A DNA stretch of 64,000 nucleotides from Vicugna vicugna (taxonomy: Eukaryota), in NCBI GenBank assembly GCA_013265495.1, contig MU058384.1, positions 4,513,239 through 4,577,238 on the forward strand, written 5' to 3'. Made by a program: the position numbers and the translations under genes. The notes under the pieces are model-generated. The model was not told where the DNA came from. It saw nothing but the letters and a program-made list of their open reading frames with translations, and did not search any database. This document shows positions 1 to 14,500 of this stretch, in pieces; position 1 is the first letter of the stretch, and each line of letters opens with the position of its first letter.

Positions 1-710
1 TTATCCTCTATTACATTATTAGCTACACCTCACCACTTTATGTTTTAGGTCTCAAGAGATTACAGTTTTGAAACTGTAACTTCTCACAGTCTATCATCAA
101 ATATTATACCAATATTTGAGGCAATGTGAGAAACAATATTTATTTCTGTACTCCTGTTCTTGGTAGTATTATTTTTATGTATTTTAATCTATAATACAGT
201 CTTAATATTTTCTTATGTACCAGTTAATTTTATTTTAAAGAAACCATAGAAAGAAAAAAAATATTATTTATCCACATATTTACATTTCTGGGGTTCTTCA
301 TTTCTTTCATAGATCTACAATTCCATCTGGTTATCATTTTCTTTAGCTTGAAGAAGAGTGACAAATTCTCTCAGATTTGTGTTAAAATGCCTTTATGTTT
401 TCTTTATAAGGACATTTTCAATGGATATGGAATTCTAGGCTGAATTTTCTTTTTTCTTTCTTTGCATTAAACTTTTCATTCCATAGCCTTCTAGTTTATA
501 TTTAATTCAGTGACCATTCTTATTTTTGTTCCCCTGTATGCAATATGACTTTTTTTCTTTTTTAAAAGATAGTTTCCATATTGCTGGCTTTCAAAAAATG
601 ATGAAACATGCCTTGTATGTAGCATATTCAGAGAATTTTTCACATCGGATTATTTTTTAACTGTAGAAATTCCATTTGATTTTTTTAAAAAATCTCTTTC
701 ATTTCTCTCA
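1..710 (-). mobile_element. Old L1M fragment
   Basis: T-rich antisense L1 signature (acaaattctctcag, gatatggaattctaggctg). Confidence 0.6.
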
Positions 711-1270
711 TAGTAAAATAAAATCTCTGTATATTCCTTTTTTTCCAACTTGGCCAAAATGTCTACCACTTCATAGAAGAATCTTAAATAACATGCTTAT
801 GGCTAACATTATATTTTTATTTGTATGAATGTATGTATGTTGGAATTCCTACCTATTAAGAGTCAGAAAATCTGCCTGTGGCTCCTGGCTCCAACCCTTA
901 CTATTCATTGATCATGAACAATTTAACTTAAGACTTTGTATGCAAATAAGTCTACAAAATCCTATTCTGGTGTACTGATTTCAATAGAATAACATGTGTG
1001 AAAATGTTTTGCGCAAGAACTAAACAAATGCAAGCTATTCATTTTTCATTAAACTATTTAATAAAATATTTACAGGAAATAACTTTCTATAGAACTTTTT
1101 TTACTTAGAACATTAAGAATCTGGTTGCTAGCTTTCCAACCATTAAGGAACTGTTTGAATATTAATATCCACTTTATTGTATTGTCATGGGGGAAAAACA
1201 CATAAAAAGGGACTAAACATTTTCTAAATATCAAATTGCTTCCATTGGCACACTGTAAATCTGTATGTAC

Positions 1271-1440
1271 CTATCTTGAATCTGGATGGTTTGTGGGAAA
1301 TTTGAATGACTGTCCCTAGGTACAAAGAATACGAAACCCTTCTTAGGGAATGCTGTAAGAGGAAGATTTCTTGTGGAACCTGAAGACTTGAACTCTTGAA
1401 TACATGGAGCTATTTCTTCAACAAAAAGAGATTCCATATT
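1271..1440 (-). CDS. Candidate coding exon of an unidentified gene (NMESLFVEEIAPCIQEFKSSGSTRNLPLTAFPKKGFVFFVPRDSHSNFPQTIQIQDR)
   Basis: 170 nt bounded by ...aatag| and AG|GTACAT. Only one of three frames is open, it contains AATATGG (good Kozak context), and it does not look repetitive. The acceptor pyrimidine tract is weak and I recognise no homologue. Confidence 0.3.
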
Positions 1441-1683
1441 CTATTTCAGTATTATAGAAAAACTAGTGAGACTCTATAATCTAGGATTGGGGTGACATTG
1501 ATGGGTTTTACATTAATCTACAGTTCTTAAATTTGGGTAAATGTCTTCAATTTCAAGTAAAAGGAAATCTCAACTCAACTTTCTTACATAGTATAAGAAT
1601 ACTTACAATCTCATATCCAAGACCAGGTTATTTTCATTGATCTTATCTACCATTGTCAGTGAGCTGGTTTGCCAACAGGGTGG

Positions 1684-2088
1684 TATTATGGGCTGGACTG
1701 TGCCCCTCCAAATTCATATGTTGAAGCCCTAACCCTTTTTATCTCAGAATGTGACTATATTTGGACATAGGACCTTTAAAGAGGTGATTAAGTTAAAAAG
1801 GAGCCTTCAGGGTGGGCCCTAATTCAATCTGACTACCATTCTTATAAGAGAAAATCTGAATACAGGAGAAGAGACACCAGCTGTGCATGTGCACAGAGAA
1901 CAGACCATGTGAGGACACAGTGAGTTAGAGCCACTTGCAAGACAAAGAGAGAGGCCTCAAGAGAAATCAAACCTGCCAACACCTTAATCCTGCACTTCCC
2001 GTCTCTAGAACTGTGAGAAAATAAATTTCTGTTGTTAAAGCCACCCAACAGCCATCTCTTGTTATAGTAGCCCTGACAAACTAATACG
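1684..2088 (+). mobile_element. MaLR solo LTR (MLT1A/B-like)
   Basis: tattatgggctg...aaattcatatgttgaagccctaaccc...aaactaatac termini and a 5-bp TSD ggtgg (1679-1683, 2089-2093). Confidence 0.85.
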
Positions 2089-2611
2089 GGTGGCTCTCCT
2101 CAGGGTTGCAAGACACTGCCACAGTTCTGTGCATCACATCCATACTGAAGCAAAAAGATACTCTTCATCTGAAAGAGAAGGCTATCTTTCCAAAAACAAC
2201 AAAGCCTAGCTCTCCATATTCACACTGCTCAGAAATGAGTCTCATGCCCATCATTCAACTGGTCAGAGGCAAGGGAGAATGAGACTACGTACCATAACTG
2301 ACTTGACCCAATTGATTTTTACCTATGAGGCAAGGATCAGGTTACCTCTCCCCAAGTAACATATCTGTAGTGGGTTGAGGTTCTTCAGCAAGTGAGTATG
2401 GAGTGAGCAGTTTCTGATACAGATGTGCTGCTATACTCTGAACGAGGACCATCACACCCTGCAGTGGACTATAGTGACTCACAGCTCTTTTGATGACTTA
2501 GACTCCCTTGGAGAAATATTATTTAACACAGTTCTACTGATACTTAACTTTAAAGGACCACGAACAGAGATGTGTGTACCTTTGCATCATTCTTTGTGGA
2601 AAAAGGGCTTT

Positions 2612-2646
2612 ACACACACACACACATACACACACACACACACACA
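2612..2646 (+). repeat. (CA)n microsatellite
   Basis: Seen directly. Confidence 0.95.
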
Positions 2647-4699
2647 AGGCAGTGAGCAAAATAACATTTGAGAATTTTTAAACAGATTTTCAGTTATTTA
2701 AAACAAACTATTTAAGGTTCCTTCATATAATTAAAAAAAATATATTTACTCCCACCTAATTTATATGCCAATTACAAACCACTTTTACGAGTCCTGGTGC
2801 ACATAATTTTTACAAGGACCTCTTATTCAACAGATCTACATAGTTCTCAGTTATTGCACTAGTTTGAAAATGTTCATCCTTCCTCCTCCCAAGTGACTTT
2901 TATTTTGTCAAGATATTTAGATTTTACTTGTTAACTTCCTTTGCCGCTCCTTCTATTTTTTTCTCTTAAAAAAAATTGTCCCTTGATCTTAACACTTTAA
3001 TATGTGATCTTGGAGAAGTACTGTCCTAAATCCAGAAGTATGTAATCGACATCTTTGGAATGGGGAGTTTTATTCACCAACTACTGGTTTCTAATATGGT
3101 TTCAGGTTAAGATACCACATTTTCTCTACAAACTGTACATAAAACCAGCTCCTCATTATATTTCCAAAGGAAGAGAAGAAGAATACAACTGAATTATGTA
3201 AGACTTTCTAAAGCAGGCAGACCAAGTACTAATACGAATAAGGAAAATTATGAAGGTGTTTTTATATGTGAAAGAAAGAAGCATTCGGACAATAAAAGAT
3301 TTTCACTTCCATGTAACTTTTACTTTATTTATATCATATCAACTTGTAACTGGAAGCAAAACCACAATTTCCCTCCAATCTCTTGAATGAACTTTCACAT
3401 AAAAATGTGATTCCAACCTTTAAATTATTTTCTAATAATTTCCATTTTTATTCTAATTATTTCTATTATCTTATTTTTATATTGGTACAAGAATTCCCAG
3501 TTATACAGAGAAAAAAAGTTAAATGGCAGGATTTGAAAAAGTCTGAAGTAAATTTGTGTTATAACTTTCTTTTTAAGTTTGTAAGTCAGAGAAATTTTTA
3601 TTTTGGTTTAATTTATTAGGGCCCACTACAGAGTAAAATTTAATACAAAAATACATATATTTTCTTTGGTATTGCTGCTGCTGTTTACAAATCATTTTAG
3701 TTGTAATCTGTAACTCATATTCATTATATACACTTACTAACTTCAAATTCTAAACAGCTAAATAATATTTGATATTTTTATAAGAGTTTATAATTTTAGA
3801 AGTTATTATCTTGCTTGGCCTACATTTAAAATGAGTTATGTGGAAAAATGTATTACTAAAACAATTTTTTAAAAAAAGAAAATGAGATCCATAAAGGATA
3901 ACACTTTCCCAAAGTTTCACAGCTGGTAGACAGCAGAACCATGGCTAGAACTCAATTTCTCATTCAAAGAAGCATCATTTGGTAAAAAAATAAAATAAAA
4001 TAAAATCACAAGCAAATGAGATTATAAAACCACAAATTCAAAATCAGATTCACAAACACCCTAATCCAGGAGTAAGTTTTCATCATAGTGTACAGAGCTT
4101 TACATGGAACATAGAATGCGTGTTGTTGAATGAACAAATAACCAATAATCAGCATCTTCTTAGGTTAATGGAGATACAGTTGAGCATTTTGCCTCCTTGT
4201 TACTTTCTCCTTCAATCTTTTTTCTCTCTGGATTTTATGTTAGAGACTAAAAGAAGCAGAAGAATATTACTATAGAAAGAGCATAGGCTTTTGAGTCAGA
4301 AGTTTGAGAACAAGTACAGAAACAAGTCTTACCACTTGCTAGCTATGTGACATTGAAATATTTACATATATATACATAAAATCAAATCTTTGGGTTTAAG
4401 TCTCCTTATCTGTAAAATTACTAAGGTTTATTTCATCTAACGGCTATTTATTCATTTAACAAATATTGATTAAGCACCAACTATGTACCAGGTTTCTGTT
4501 CTTGATGCCTGACGTACATTGACAAACAAAACAGACAAATATCCCTTTTCATATGGTGCTTATATTCTGGCAGGATAGTGGTAAGAGGGAGAAAATAATC
4601 CATGAATATCTGATAAACAGCTATATTATTTAATATGTTAGAAGGTACTAGTTGCATGGTGAAAAAAAAAAGGAAAAACAATACAGTAGATGAGCTTTC

Positions 4700-5910
4700 A
4701 TTTCCAGCTGTGAATGGAGTAACTAGTATCAGACTAGCCCTACTGTGATAAACATCTATACAATTAGACAATATATATGACTTAATTTTTTTTCAAGTAT
4801 GGACAACAGACAAGAGAGGACTGTCACCTCTGTAGAAGAATAGCTCATGAGGTTGTCACATTATTTCCTTGGATCTCTGCTTATAGACAATTCCCTGATT
4901 GCTGCACAGATAGCAGGGGTCCCAGTACAGCCCACCAGTCCCACTGAACCAAGAAGCTTAAGAGAGTGGGGTAGCTTAAGCAGCTGAACTCTGAGAAGCA
5001 CAACATTGGAAAAGAAGGAACTATCTTAAAAGTTGGGGGTGGGGGCATCTTCTGCAGGTCTCTGAGGGCAGGACTATCAAGACTTACAATCAAACCAAAC
5101 CTTACACAAGTTTAAAATGACTGAATTCTTTGTTAAAATAATAATCAGCATCCTTCTTAGAAACATAACAGAATCCAGAATCTCTAAAATATATTTCCAA
5201 TAGCTAGTGTTCAATAAACAATTCCTCCTTTAGACAAAGAAGTGATTCATTGTCAGGGGGAAAAAAAAGCAGGTAACAGAAACCAAATCCAAGATGGACA
5301 AGAAAATGGACTTATCAGGTAAAGAGGTTAAACCTTATTTTATAAATATGCTCAAAATTTAAAAGAAAGTATGTTAAATAATTAAATAAAAAATATGATC
5401 TTAATGAGTGAACTGATGGGGAATTTCAGCAGAGAAATGCAAACTATAAAAATGAATCAAGTATCATCAGCAAATGAATGGTTAAAGAAATCATGCTATA
5501 TTCATACAACAAAATACTACTCAGCAATAAGAAACGGACTAGTTCTACATGAGGAAACATGGATGAATCTCAGAGACATTAAATTGAATCAAAGAAGCCA
5601 GACCCAGAAGAGTACATGCTGTGTGATTCTATTTATGTGAATTTCTAGACTTGGCAGAACTAACCTTTCTGTAGTATTAGAAAGGAGATTCTTGTTTCTG
5701 GAGCAAGAGGTAGTGGATTGACTAAGAGCAAGTGGTAGTGGTAGTAGAGGATGAAGGAACTTTCTGGGAAGACTGAAATAGTCTATATTTTGATTTGGGT
5801 GATGGGTACACAAAAGTATCTATTTGTCAAAAGTCATCCACCTGTTCATGTAAAATATGTGAATTTTATCATATGCAAATTATATCTCAATAAAGTTTAT
5901 CTTTCAAAAA
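4700..5910 (+). mobile_element. Old L1M/L1ME fragments including a 3' end
   Basis: tcagcagagaaatgcaaactataaaaatgaatcaa, aaatactactcagcaataa, aaattatatctcaataaag. Confidence 0.7.
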
Positions 5911-8761
5911 TAGAATAGGTGAAGAAGAAGTGTTTAGTTTGATAAACATTTACAGGGAGTCCACATAGCTTCAGTTACTATCAGATACAGAAAAAGTCAA
6001 ATGAGATACGGCTCTTACCCTGTTGTCTAGTGGAGAATGCAAGAGAGCAATGAATGATTTCAGAAGATTGTGGTGAACACTGATCAGCCTGGGGAATCGG
6101 CTTCCTAAAAGGAGCTGAGTTTACATGTTGAACTGAGATACTGGCAGTGAGGATGTGAACAGATACGACTGATTACAGTTGGTTAGCCTTTGCACATTAG
6201 AGTGGAGTACCAGAGGGGCTAACTTGAACGAACAAAACAGGACAGAACTCTTTTCCTCAAAGGGTCTCACTGTTGCATTAGAGAGGATAAACATGAAATT
6301 TCAGCTGAACGTGATTTATGTCATAGAAATATCTGCAGAGATTCAAGAGTAACCATCTCAGCAGATTCTGGAGGATGAATGAAGAGTTTCCTGGAGACCA
6401 AAAGAGCACGCTCATTCTAGGGAGAGGAAAAGTCCTGTCCAAATTAGGGTTATTTTGAGGACCAACTGAGCAAATTCAGAGATACTCATGATGATGCCTA
6501 GCATGTAGCCAGAACACACTAAGTGTGCTGTTTTTATGGAAAAGGCGTTCTCCCACTAAACTGTGAAGTCTTGGAAAGCAGCAGGCTTTAGTTTTGTTTG
6601 TGCTGACAGTACTCTTTAAGGAGATTCTAGCCCATATTAGGCAACAACTCTTTGATTAATGGTGATGTTCAGTTCTTACAGTAGGTGCTCTTTCATTATT
6701 CATCTCAATCATTTACATATTCCTGGCTAAATTTCAAGTATGTGTGTATTGAACTACAACACAAATACAAGATCCAAGTTATGCAGCAAAATATCTGGGT
6801 GGTTAGAATTAGAAAAATTAGTTACATGAGGTTTGTCTTAAAAACACCTATTTATGTCCTTGATATAGGTCTAAATTCAGATTTTGAGAGGTGTAAATTT
6901 TGTAAAAAGAGAAAAGTTCTAATCTCTGGCACCTATGATGAAATGTCTAATGATAGTCTTTAAGAGAAAAATGCTCAAGATACATATTTTAAGTTGTATT
7001 CTTCTTTTTTTAGAACAAGAAGATTTCACAAGCACAGTTATCATGATAAACGTTTTAAATGCTACACTTTGTGTGTACACTCCTAACAGGATTTACCCAA
7101 GAGAAAGGCTCAGCTTCAGCAAATAAAAGTTTCAGAAAAAGAATTCCACTAACAGGCTGCATCAAACCATAGAATATTTTTCATGTCCTGTGTTACAGGA
7201 AAAGAGGTATGAGTTCCATGTCTGGACATGTGACAAGGTGACCCTGTGCTTCCCAGACAATCATGCCTTCTCAGAAAAATGTGACTAAAGACCCCAGCTT
7301 CAACAGGCATTTATGAGCATACAATGCAATAACATTTTTAAATTTCGAGGACAAAAACTGGTGCACAGCATCACTCCTCTTATGTTTACTCTTTCCTCTA
7401 TAGGAAACAAATTTCAAAATTATATTTAACTATTTTCCTTTAAATAACATTTTTAGAAGGGGATTTGCAAGAGAGAATAACTCAGCTATAAAGTTAAGGG
7501 AAAAATAAACTGTACAACCATCTATTTAGTAAACCTTCTTAAAACTTTGCATCTCAAACTTCTCCCCAAAAATTACAGTTTGATTTTGTTCCTAAATTTT
7601 AAGGTTAAAAATAAAGAATAAAAGTTGTTTTTTCAGAAATAAAAATATTAATTTATGACTCTTGGTAAGATCAACAGACTAAAATGTTCAAAGTGTTACT
7701 CAAGACTTCATATTTTCCCAAACTCCACAGTGCAAATCTATTTCTTACTCTCCTTGAAAAAAATAAACAGTATTTACATGACTTTAACTTTGGAAACAGA
7801 AATTAAAATCCATTAACTATAAGTTTCTTTTCCTCTGCTCTTGATGTTGGCAATATAGAGTCTATTTTTTTATATTCTTTAAAATATATTTTTAAGGTAT
7901 TATGCTCCTGAGAAAATTAGAGTACATTTAAATGTCTGTATTTTTAGGGCTCAGATATTTTAATCTAAAATATCATTTTTTTATTCAAGAATGTATCATG
8001 GAGTTGCTTATATGCCAGTGTGTTCTAACTTCTCTCTACTTTGCTTTTAATGAGATACATAAATGTATATTTAAATAATGAAAGATATGTTTTCAATTTA
8101 TTGTTACAAGACAGTGTGCTGGAATGAACATAATTATGCATATATCTTTACAATTTTTAAAGGTTTTTTTAGATTAAACCCCTAAACATTGAATTGCTGT
8201 GCCAGGTATACACATGTTCTAATTTGCTAGGCAGTGTCAAATTGCCCTCTAGAAATAATGTTTGAAAAAAAAGTTACTGGTAACATGGTATCTATCTGGA
8301 AGTTGATAATTGTTTTTAGCTTGGATTTTTTCCCCTCTTAGTTTAATATATAAATATAGATACACACACACATATATATATATAAATTAAAGCACATATT
8401 TATATTCTTTAATATATATTATTCATAATGAAATGTTTATATGTGTGCATGTATGTGTGTGTATGTGCACGCATAAAATCTCCAAATCTCTATGAGAATC
8501 AATTCTGCATTAATTTATATATGATCATGAGCCTCCCTCTCTGTATGGGAATCTCAAATGTTTCAGATGGTTTTTCTTTATTATGAGAGCTTATATTTAA
8601 TTGGAGAAAGTTGTTTAGGGTATGGAGGAAACAGGATGGGGAAAACTCTTCATGTAAAAAGACATGTCTTTTCTTCAATGTTGTTAAAAATATGAAATAT
8701 CACCTGAAACTTTACCAGATGACAATTGAGTGTTATCATTTCAGCAGGGGGGCCAGGCTGG

Positions 8762-9010
8762 TGTATTAGTTTCCTATTGCTGTGATAACAAATTACTACA
8801 AATTCAGTGGTTTAAAACAACCCCGACCTTTTCTCTTACAATTCTGGAGGTTAGAAGTCCAGAATGAATCTTATGAGGCACCTTAGTCTGTTTCAGTTGC
8901 CATAACAAAATACCATAGACGGTTGGGTTAAAAACAACAGAAATTTATTTCTCACAATTCTGGAGACTGGGAAGTCCAAGATCAAGGTGCCTTCAGATTT
9001 AGTGTTTGGA
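8762..9010 (-). mobile_element. Two MLT1-like LTR fragments
   Basis: tgtattagtttcctattgctg... and ...atttctcacaattctggagactgggaagtccaagatcaaggtgcc. Confidence 0.7.
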
Positions 9011-11899
9011 AGGCAGGAAATTTGTAGAATTATTTGACACATGCTTAGGGTTACTTTGGGGTTAGATGGCTGTTTACTATGTATTCCTAGGTCCTATAAA
9101 CCCAGAATGTGTAGGCAGCTATGAACTTTGATTTTTAAAAAATGGTTAACATTGTATGTGCTGCCTTTTCACAAACAGTTGCCATTATAATTGACACAGA
9201 CTCTGCCCTTCTTTACCGGAGGAACATTCTCAACTACAATCCCTCCAGGTGCCCTATGATTACTTGTGTTATTAGTACAGAGATTTCCCTTGACTCGGTT
9301 GAACTGAGTTTAGGCCTTTGAGTTCACAGAACCCTCAACATAAGAACTGAAGAAAAACTGGCTGGAAAAGATCCTGAGAATTAGATCAAATCTGTTCACA
9401 GTTAAGTTAAACATCCCACTTAAGAAGTTAGTTCCAGTCAAAGATAGAGCTGTAAAATATCACATTACACAGAGAGTCAGTCCAAATTCTAGGTCTTGAA
9501 AGTATTCATGTAGAGTATGAAATTGCTTTGCGCTTACAAATGTAGAATGACCTCTAGTTGTATCATAAAAGGAAGTATAGCATTTTTCTTTTTATTTGAA
9601 CTTATATGATGATTTCTATCTATAATATTGAATCCAAAGTACTTCCTACATTAGTTGCACATAACAATTATTCTTTAAAGTTATTATTCCTGTTGGTAAC
9701 TCTGCCTCTTCCTGACAATTTTCTTTTTCTTACTATCTGCCATCCAATCTTCAATCCTAGTTTTCTTTTTTTTAACACTTTACTAGGCAAACCAGTGTGA
9801 TTCTGGTCCTTATCCATTTGTTTGGCTCTCCACGTCTATCTGTGGACTGACTGGTTGAATGATGGAGAGTGTTCACAGTGTAAAACTGACTCTGCAATCC
9901 TCCGTGCTCTGTGCTCCTGCCAGTGGTGTTACATCACAGAAAATGTCACTGTACAACCAATGGACATGTGTCCCAGAAATCCCCTACTGGGCATTCTGCC
10001 TTGAGACTGGTGCTAAGATCTGCATGTGGGTAACGATGGAAATCTGTAGAACTAGTCAAGATTTCTTCAAATCTTCAAGGTCGCTGGCTTCTTGAGGCCG
10101 TTATTTGTATGACAATATGAGGTTTAACATTTCTCTGTTTACACAGAGTAACATTCAAGAAAATATTTCTACTTTGACCTATTGAACAACATCCCATATT
10201 TCCTGTGAAGTCCTTATCTTTTCCACTGGCAGGCTAAGTGAAACAATTCTGAAAATGCTGATTAGTAGTGCATATTTTTCTTCTTGCTTTCAAATTGTCC
10301 ACTCGACTAGCTGAAGTATTTCTATAATTACCTTTTCTGGTGTTCACTCATATTCCCTGTATATTTTAATATGGATGATTAATGAATTATGAATACTGAG
10401 TATATCTGAGATGCATGTAAGCTTGGAATCACAGGACGCTTACTGAGTGAATTTGCAACTGTCCTGCTCCAACAACCGATGTTTGATTGGATTCCATTTG
10501 ACCAAGCAGCACCTCTCTAGATACTCTCATTCTCCTCCCTTTCAATTCCCTCTTGCTGGTGCTCCTTTCACCTGGCTCACCAACTCCAAGCCTTTGCAGA
10601 TGTAACAAGCATTCAAGTAAGCCTCCATGACCCACTCTGGTCCCCTCTCTGGGATTCAGTTTGATGCTCCCTCCTCCCCTCTTCTTCATCCAAACATCCA
10701 TACCCTCAGAAGAGAGGAAACTCTGCCTCTGTTTAGGGCCAAGGGGCCTCAGTTGCAATGGGCCATCTTAATGCAGTTTCCCCATCTGGGGCAGGGAAAC
10801 CAATCAACACATGCTTACTGATATACAGAAAATCATTACTGGCTGGACAGAACTGGAGCATTGAAGGTAAATGGCTCACTTAACTAATGTTATCATATAG
10901 TCAAAGAAAGTATTATTGTTCTTAGTTCATAGTATGAAGGGTAATGGAGTAGATCTAGAAGGAGTTCTGAGAGGTCCAACTATACTTCAATTTTAAAAAA
11001 GGAGTTCTGAGAACACTCTGAAGACAGTTTTATTCAAAACTCACAGTATTTCAATTGGCTGAGTCTATCTTTCCAAGAGAAATGCTTTTTACATCCGGTA
11101 CTGGCATAACAGGTGGCATCTCTGTCCAATCATTTATTTTAATGGAAATATCATTAATGTTTCACAAGTAGGAAATATGTTGCCTGATTGTCTTTCTGAT
11201 GTTAATAATGTTTTCTTTTTTACTAGTTTTCTAAGAGTTTTTATTAATCAAGAATAGTTACTGACTTATTAAATGTTTCATGCTCTTTTATGTGTATTAA
11301 AATCAACATATAGATTGGTTTTGGTAGGACAGACACAAAAGATATTTTAAAACTAAAAGAATCAGGGTTTTGAAGAAATTGGGGTAAGGCATAAGTGAGG
11401 ATAAGGAAGAAGATGGTATCAATTGTATTATTCAACATGTTCTTATAAAAGAAAAACACTAAAAAATTTATTCAACAATAAGGGATTGTTTTTCTATATC
11501 ATAGGACAAATAAGTCTTTCATATGAAGTCACAAATAAATGTAGCATCCAACTTATTGTCACACAGCTTCTAAGTGGGATTTGAACCCAGGACATTTTGT
11601 CCCAGAATCTGTACCCTTAATCACTACATTATACTACCTTCCATTAGAACAGTATTCCGTCACTAAAGACTCAAGAATATATTTAGCCATCTGGCTTAAT
11701 GTTCACAATATACTGTTAAACAGAATAAAGATTTTTTTCACACTTACAATTCGTTTATAGTATTATATCATTTAATAAAAGTACACTAATATTTATGGAG
11801 AAAATATGCAGGAGAAAAATCTTCAATAGCCTACACAAAATAACAAGAATAACAAATAACAAGATAGCAGGAATCGGGAATGCAGAAAGTTATTTGGAT

Positions 11900-12300
11900 C
11901 AGTCAGTTTAAGGTAAATATAATGTAGTTAATAAACAATCCCCAAATCTCAGGAGCCCACAGAAACACAGGTTCATATTTCACTCAATTAAACGGTTACA
12001 GATTGGCTGAGAGTCTGTTCCAAGTGTATTTTATTTTGAGGCCAAGGCTAAAGATGCAACCCCTATCTGTGATATGCCTTTCTGAAGGAAAAGAGGACAG
12101 AAATATTGGGAGAATCTGGCAATGATTCTTAAGAATTCTGCTTGAAAGGGCAACATGTTACTTCTACATACACTTCACTGGCTAAAACAAGGTATGTTGC
12201 CAAGCCAAAGTCAATGAGGCAGGATGCATAATTTTGAGGTTTGGGCTAGGTTGGAGAAAGACCCAGTAAGAGAAAGCAGTATATTATTTTATCAATATAC
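11900..12300 (-). mobile_element. Old MaLR LTR (MLT1J/K-like)
   Basis: aaacaatccccaaatctcag...cacttcactggctaaaacaagg...ccaagccaaagtcaatg. Confidence 0.55.
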
Positions 12301-13628
12301 AATCGATGAAACAATTGCCAAGATAGCATGACTAATTTCCTGGAGTGCGTCCCCTGGTCTTGGACTCAGCTTTGATAGGTTAGACACAGGAAAGTAGATA
12401 GCATCTCAAAGGCCATGAAAATAATTAAGTTTCTTTTACTGAATAACTTATTGAAGATTAACTGGCAAAAAGATATAACATTATATACTTTATAAATACA
12501 TTATAATCATTACAAACTACAGATATAAACATTAAATATACTTTATGGAAAAATTTTAATCATGATAAGAAGAAATAACTATTTCAAACATCTAAAAAAA
12601 TCACAATTTTAAACAGTGAAAAATATATCATATAAAGTGTGTGCCACATTGTTCAAAAGATGTCAAAAATACTGGACCAGATCTTGGGAAGTTCCAAGAT
12701 TAACAATGGTTTAAATGTGATTAAAAGTATAAAAACATACAGACCTAAGTGTAGAAATACTATCCACTGGATTTTTAATAGAATGTTGATATTATAATCA
12801 AAAGAGCTATTTGTTAGAAAGTACTAAATTCTGAAACTGCAGAATTTTGACATAATGTATGAAGCATAGAAAACTGTTACTAGAGCTTCTGCAGGAATAA
12901 TGTGAAAGAAAACTATCATAACGTTTATATCTAGAAATATCTTCTTTTACTAGAATGTTACCACACTTCAAAATTACCCAACTATTGAGACTACTTACCA
13001 ATCATTTCAAATTTATATCAATATTTGACAGAAAGATTGACTCATAGTTTAGAAATAGGACAACCAATGAAAATAGTAAAAGATGACCTGAACTATTACA
13101 CAGATCTCTAATACAAAGATGAGCAGATTTCCATGTTAACTAGGCAGACAAAGCTCCAACACACATGTACAATATGGGAGATTACATAATATGGGAAAGA
13201 ATTATAATAATCTAGACACACACACACATATATATATATAGCTATATCTCAATACAAGCAGAGAACCAAACTCTTTGAAGTTGATTATTACAATTCAAAA
13301 GCAGAAATGATTATTATAGGCTGTACTTTTCCACAAAAACCCCCAAACTAAACGTATCTTCCTTTTCAAACCTCCTCTCCTCCTGTGTCCCTTCTCATTA
13401 AAGGGACACCTTCTCCACCATTCAAGCTGCAAAATGTGAGGCAATCTCCTATTTGTGTCTTCTCCATTTGTTCCCATAATAAATCAAAGTTTGTTGATCC
13501 TATTTCGGAGATATTTTCTCTCTGGTAAAAGGATCCCCACTGGAATCCTAATTGGTTTTCCTTCCCTCAGCCATACCTTCCTCTGAAGTTAATCCCATTT
13601 ACACTTTGCTGGTAGATCTATTATTCTA

Positions 13629-13720
13629 TTTTTTTTTTTTAAATGGAGGTACTGGGGATTGAACTCAGGACCCTGTGCGTGCTAAGCACACACTCTACGA
13701 CTGAGCTGTACCCGACTCTC
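13629..13720 (-). mobile_element. tRNA-derived SINE, camelid Vic-1-like (short form)
   Basis: Poly-T followed by ggaggtactggggattgaactcaggacc...actgagctgtaccc. 15-bp TSD agatctattattcta (13614-13628) / agagctatcattcta (13721-13735). Confidence 0.85.
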
Positions 13721-14294
13721 AGAGCTATCATTCTAAAACTTACCTGATTATGTAACTATATCCTTAAAAATCTTTACTAGTCCCAGGCTGCATATTAAAT
13801 AAGTCCAACAAATTTTCTCAGCGTAGCATTCAAGGCTCTCCACAATTTGGCCACAGACCAAGTTTCTAAATTCCTTTCTTTCGGAATTCTGTTTTTTTCC
13901 TACATCTTCAAGTTCAGCTACATGGGAACTTCACCCTTCACCTCCCACACTCTCGCTTTCCAGGCCTCTGCTTACCCTGTCCTATCTGAACGCTCTTCCT
14001 AGTCTCCACTTGTCACAGCCCTTCTCAGACTGCAAAGGGCAATTCAAACCTCACCTCCTTCAAATGGGTTTCCAAGATTTATGATCAGAATTCTTTTTTA
14101 CCCACTACATACAACAACAAAAAAATTAAAGTGTTCATGACATTTATATACTGGCTTCATTGTCATTAATTATGTCATGCTTACCTCTTCAAATACTTTA
14201 CTGGCTGCTATAGCTCTCAGTGCACATGACACAGCATTTTGCACAAATCACCATCTCAGTAAGTGTTTGTGAGGTGAACACAAGGGAGATAAAA

Positions 14295-14500
14295 CTACAG
14301 ACATTACGGACAGATCATCTGGGTTCAAAACTCAGTTCTGCCATTTAACGGTAGTACGACTTTGTGCTCAGTTTTTAATCTGTCAAATGGGGATGATAAT
14401 AATAGTATCTACATCACAGACTGTTATGAGGATTAAATGAGTTAATATACTTAGAGCACTTAGAACAATCCTTGGAACATGGTGTTATAGCCACTATTAT
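14295..14500 (+). mobile_element. MIR SINE
   Basis: MIR core: ctgtcaaatggggatgataataatagtatctacatcacagactgttatgaggattaaatgag. Confidence 0.8.
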
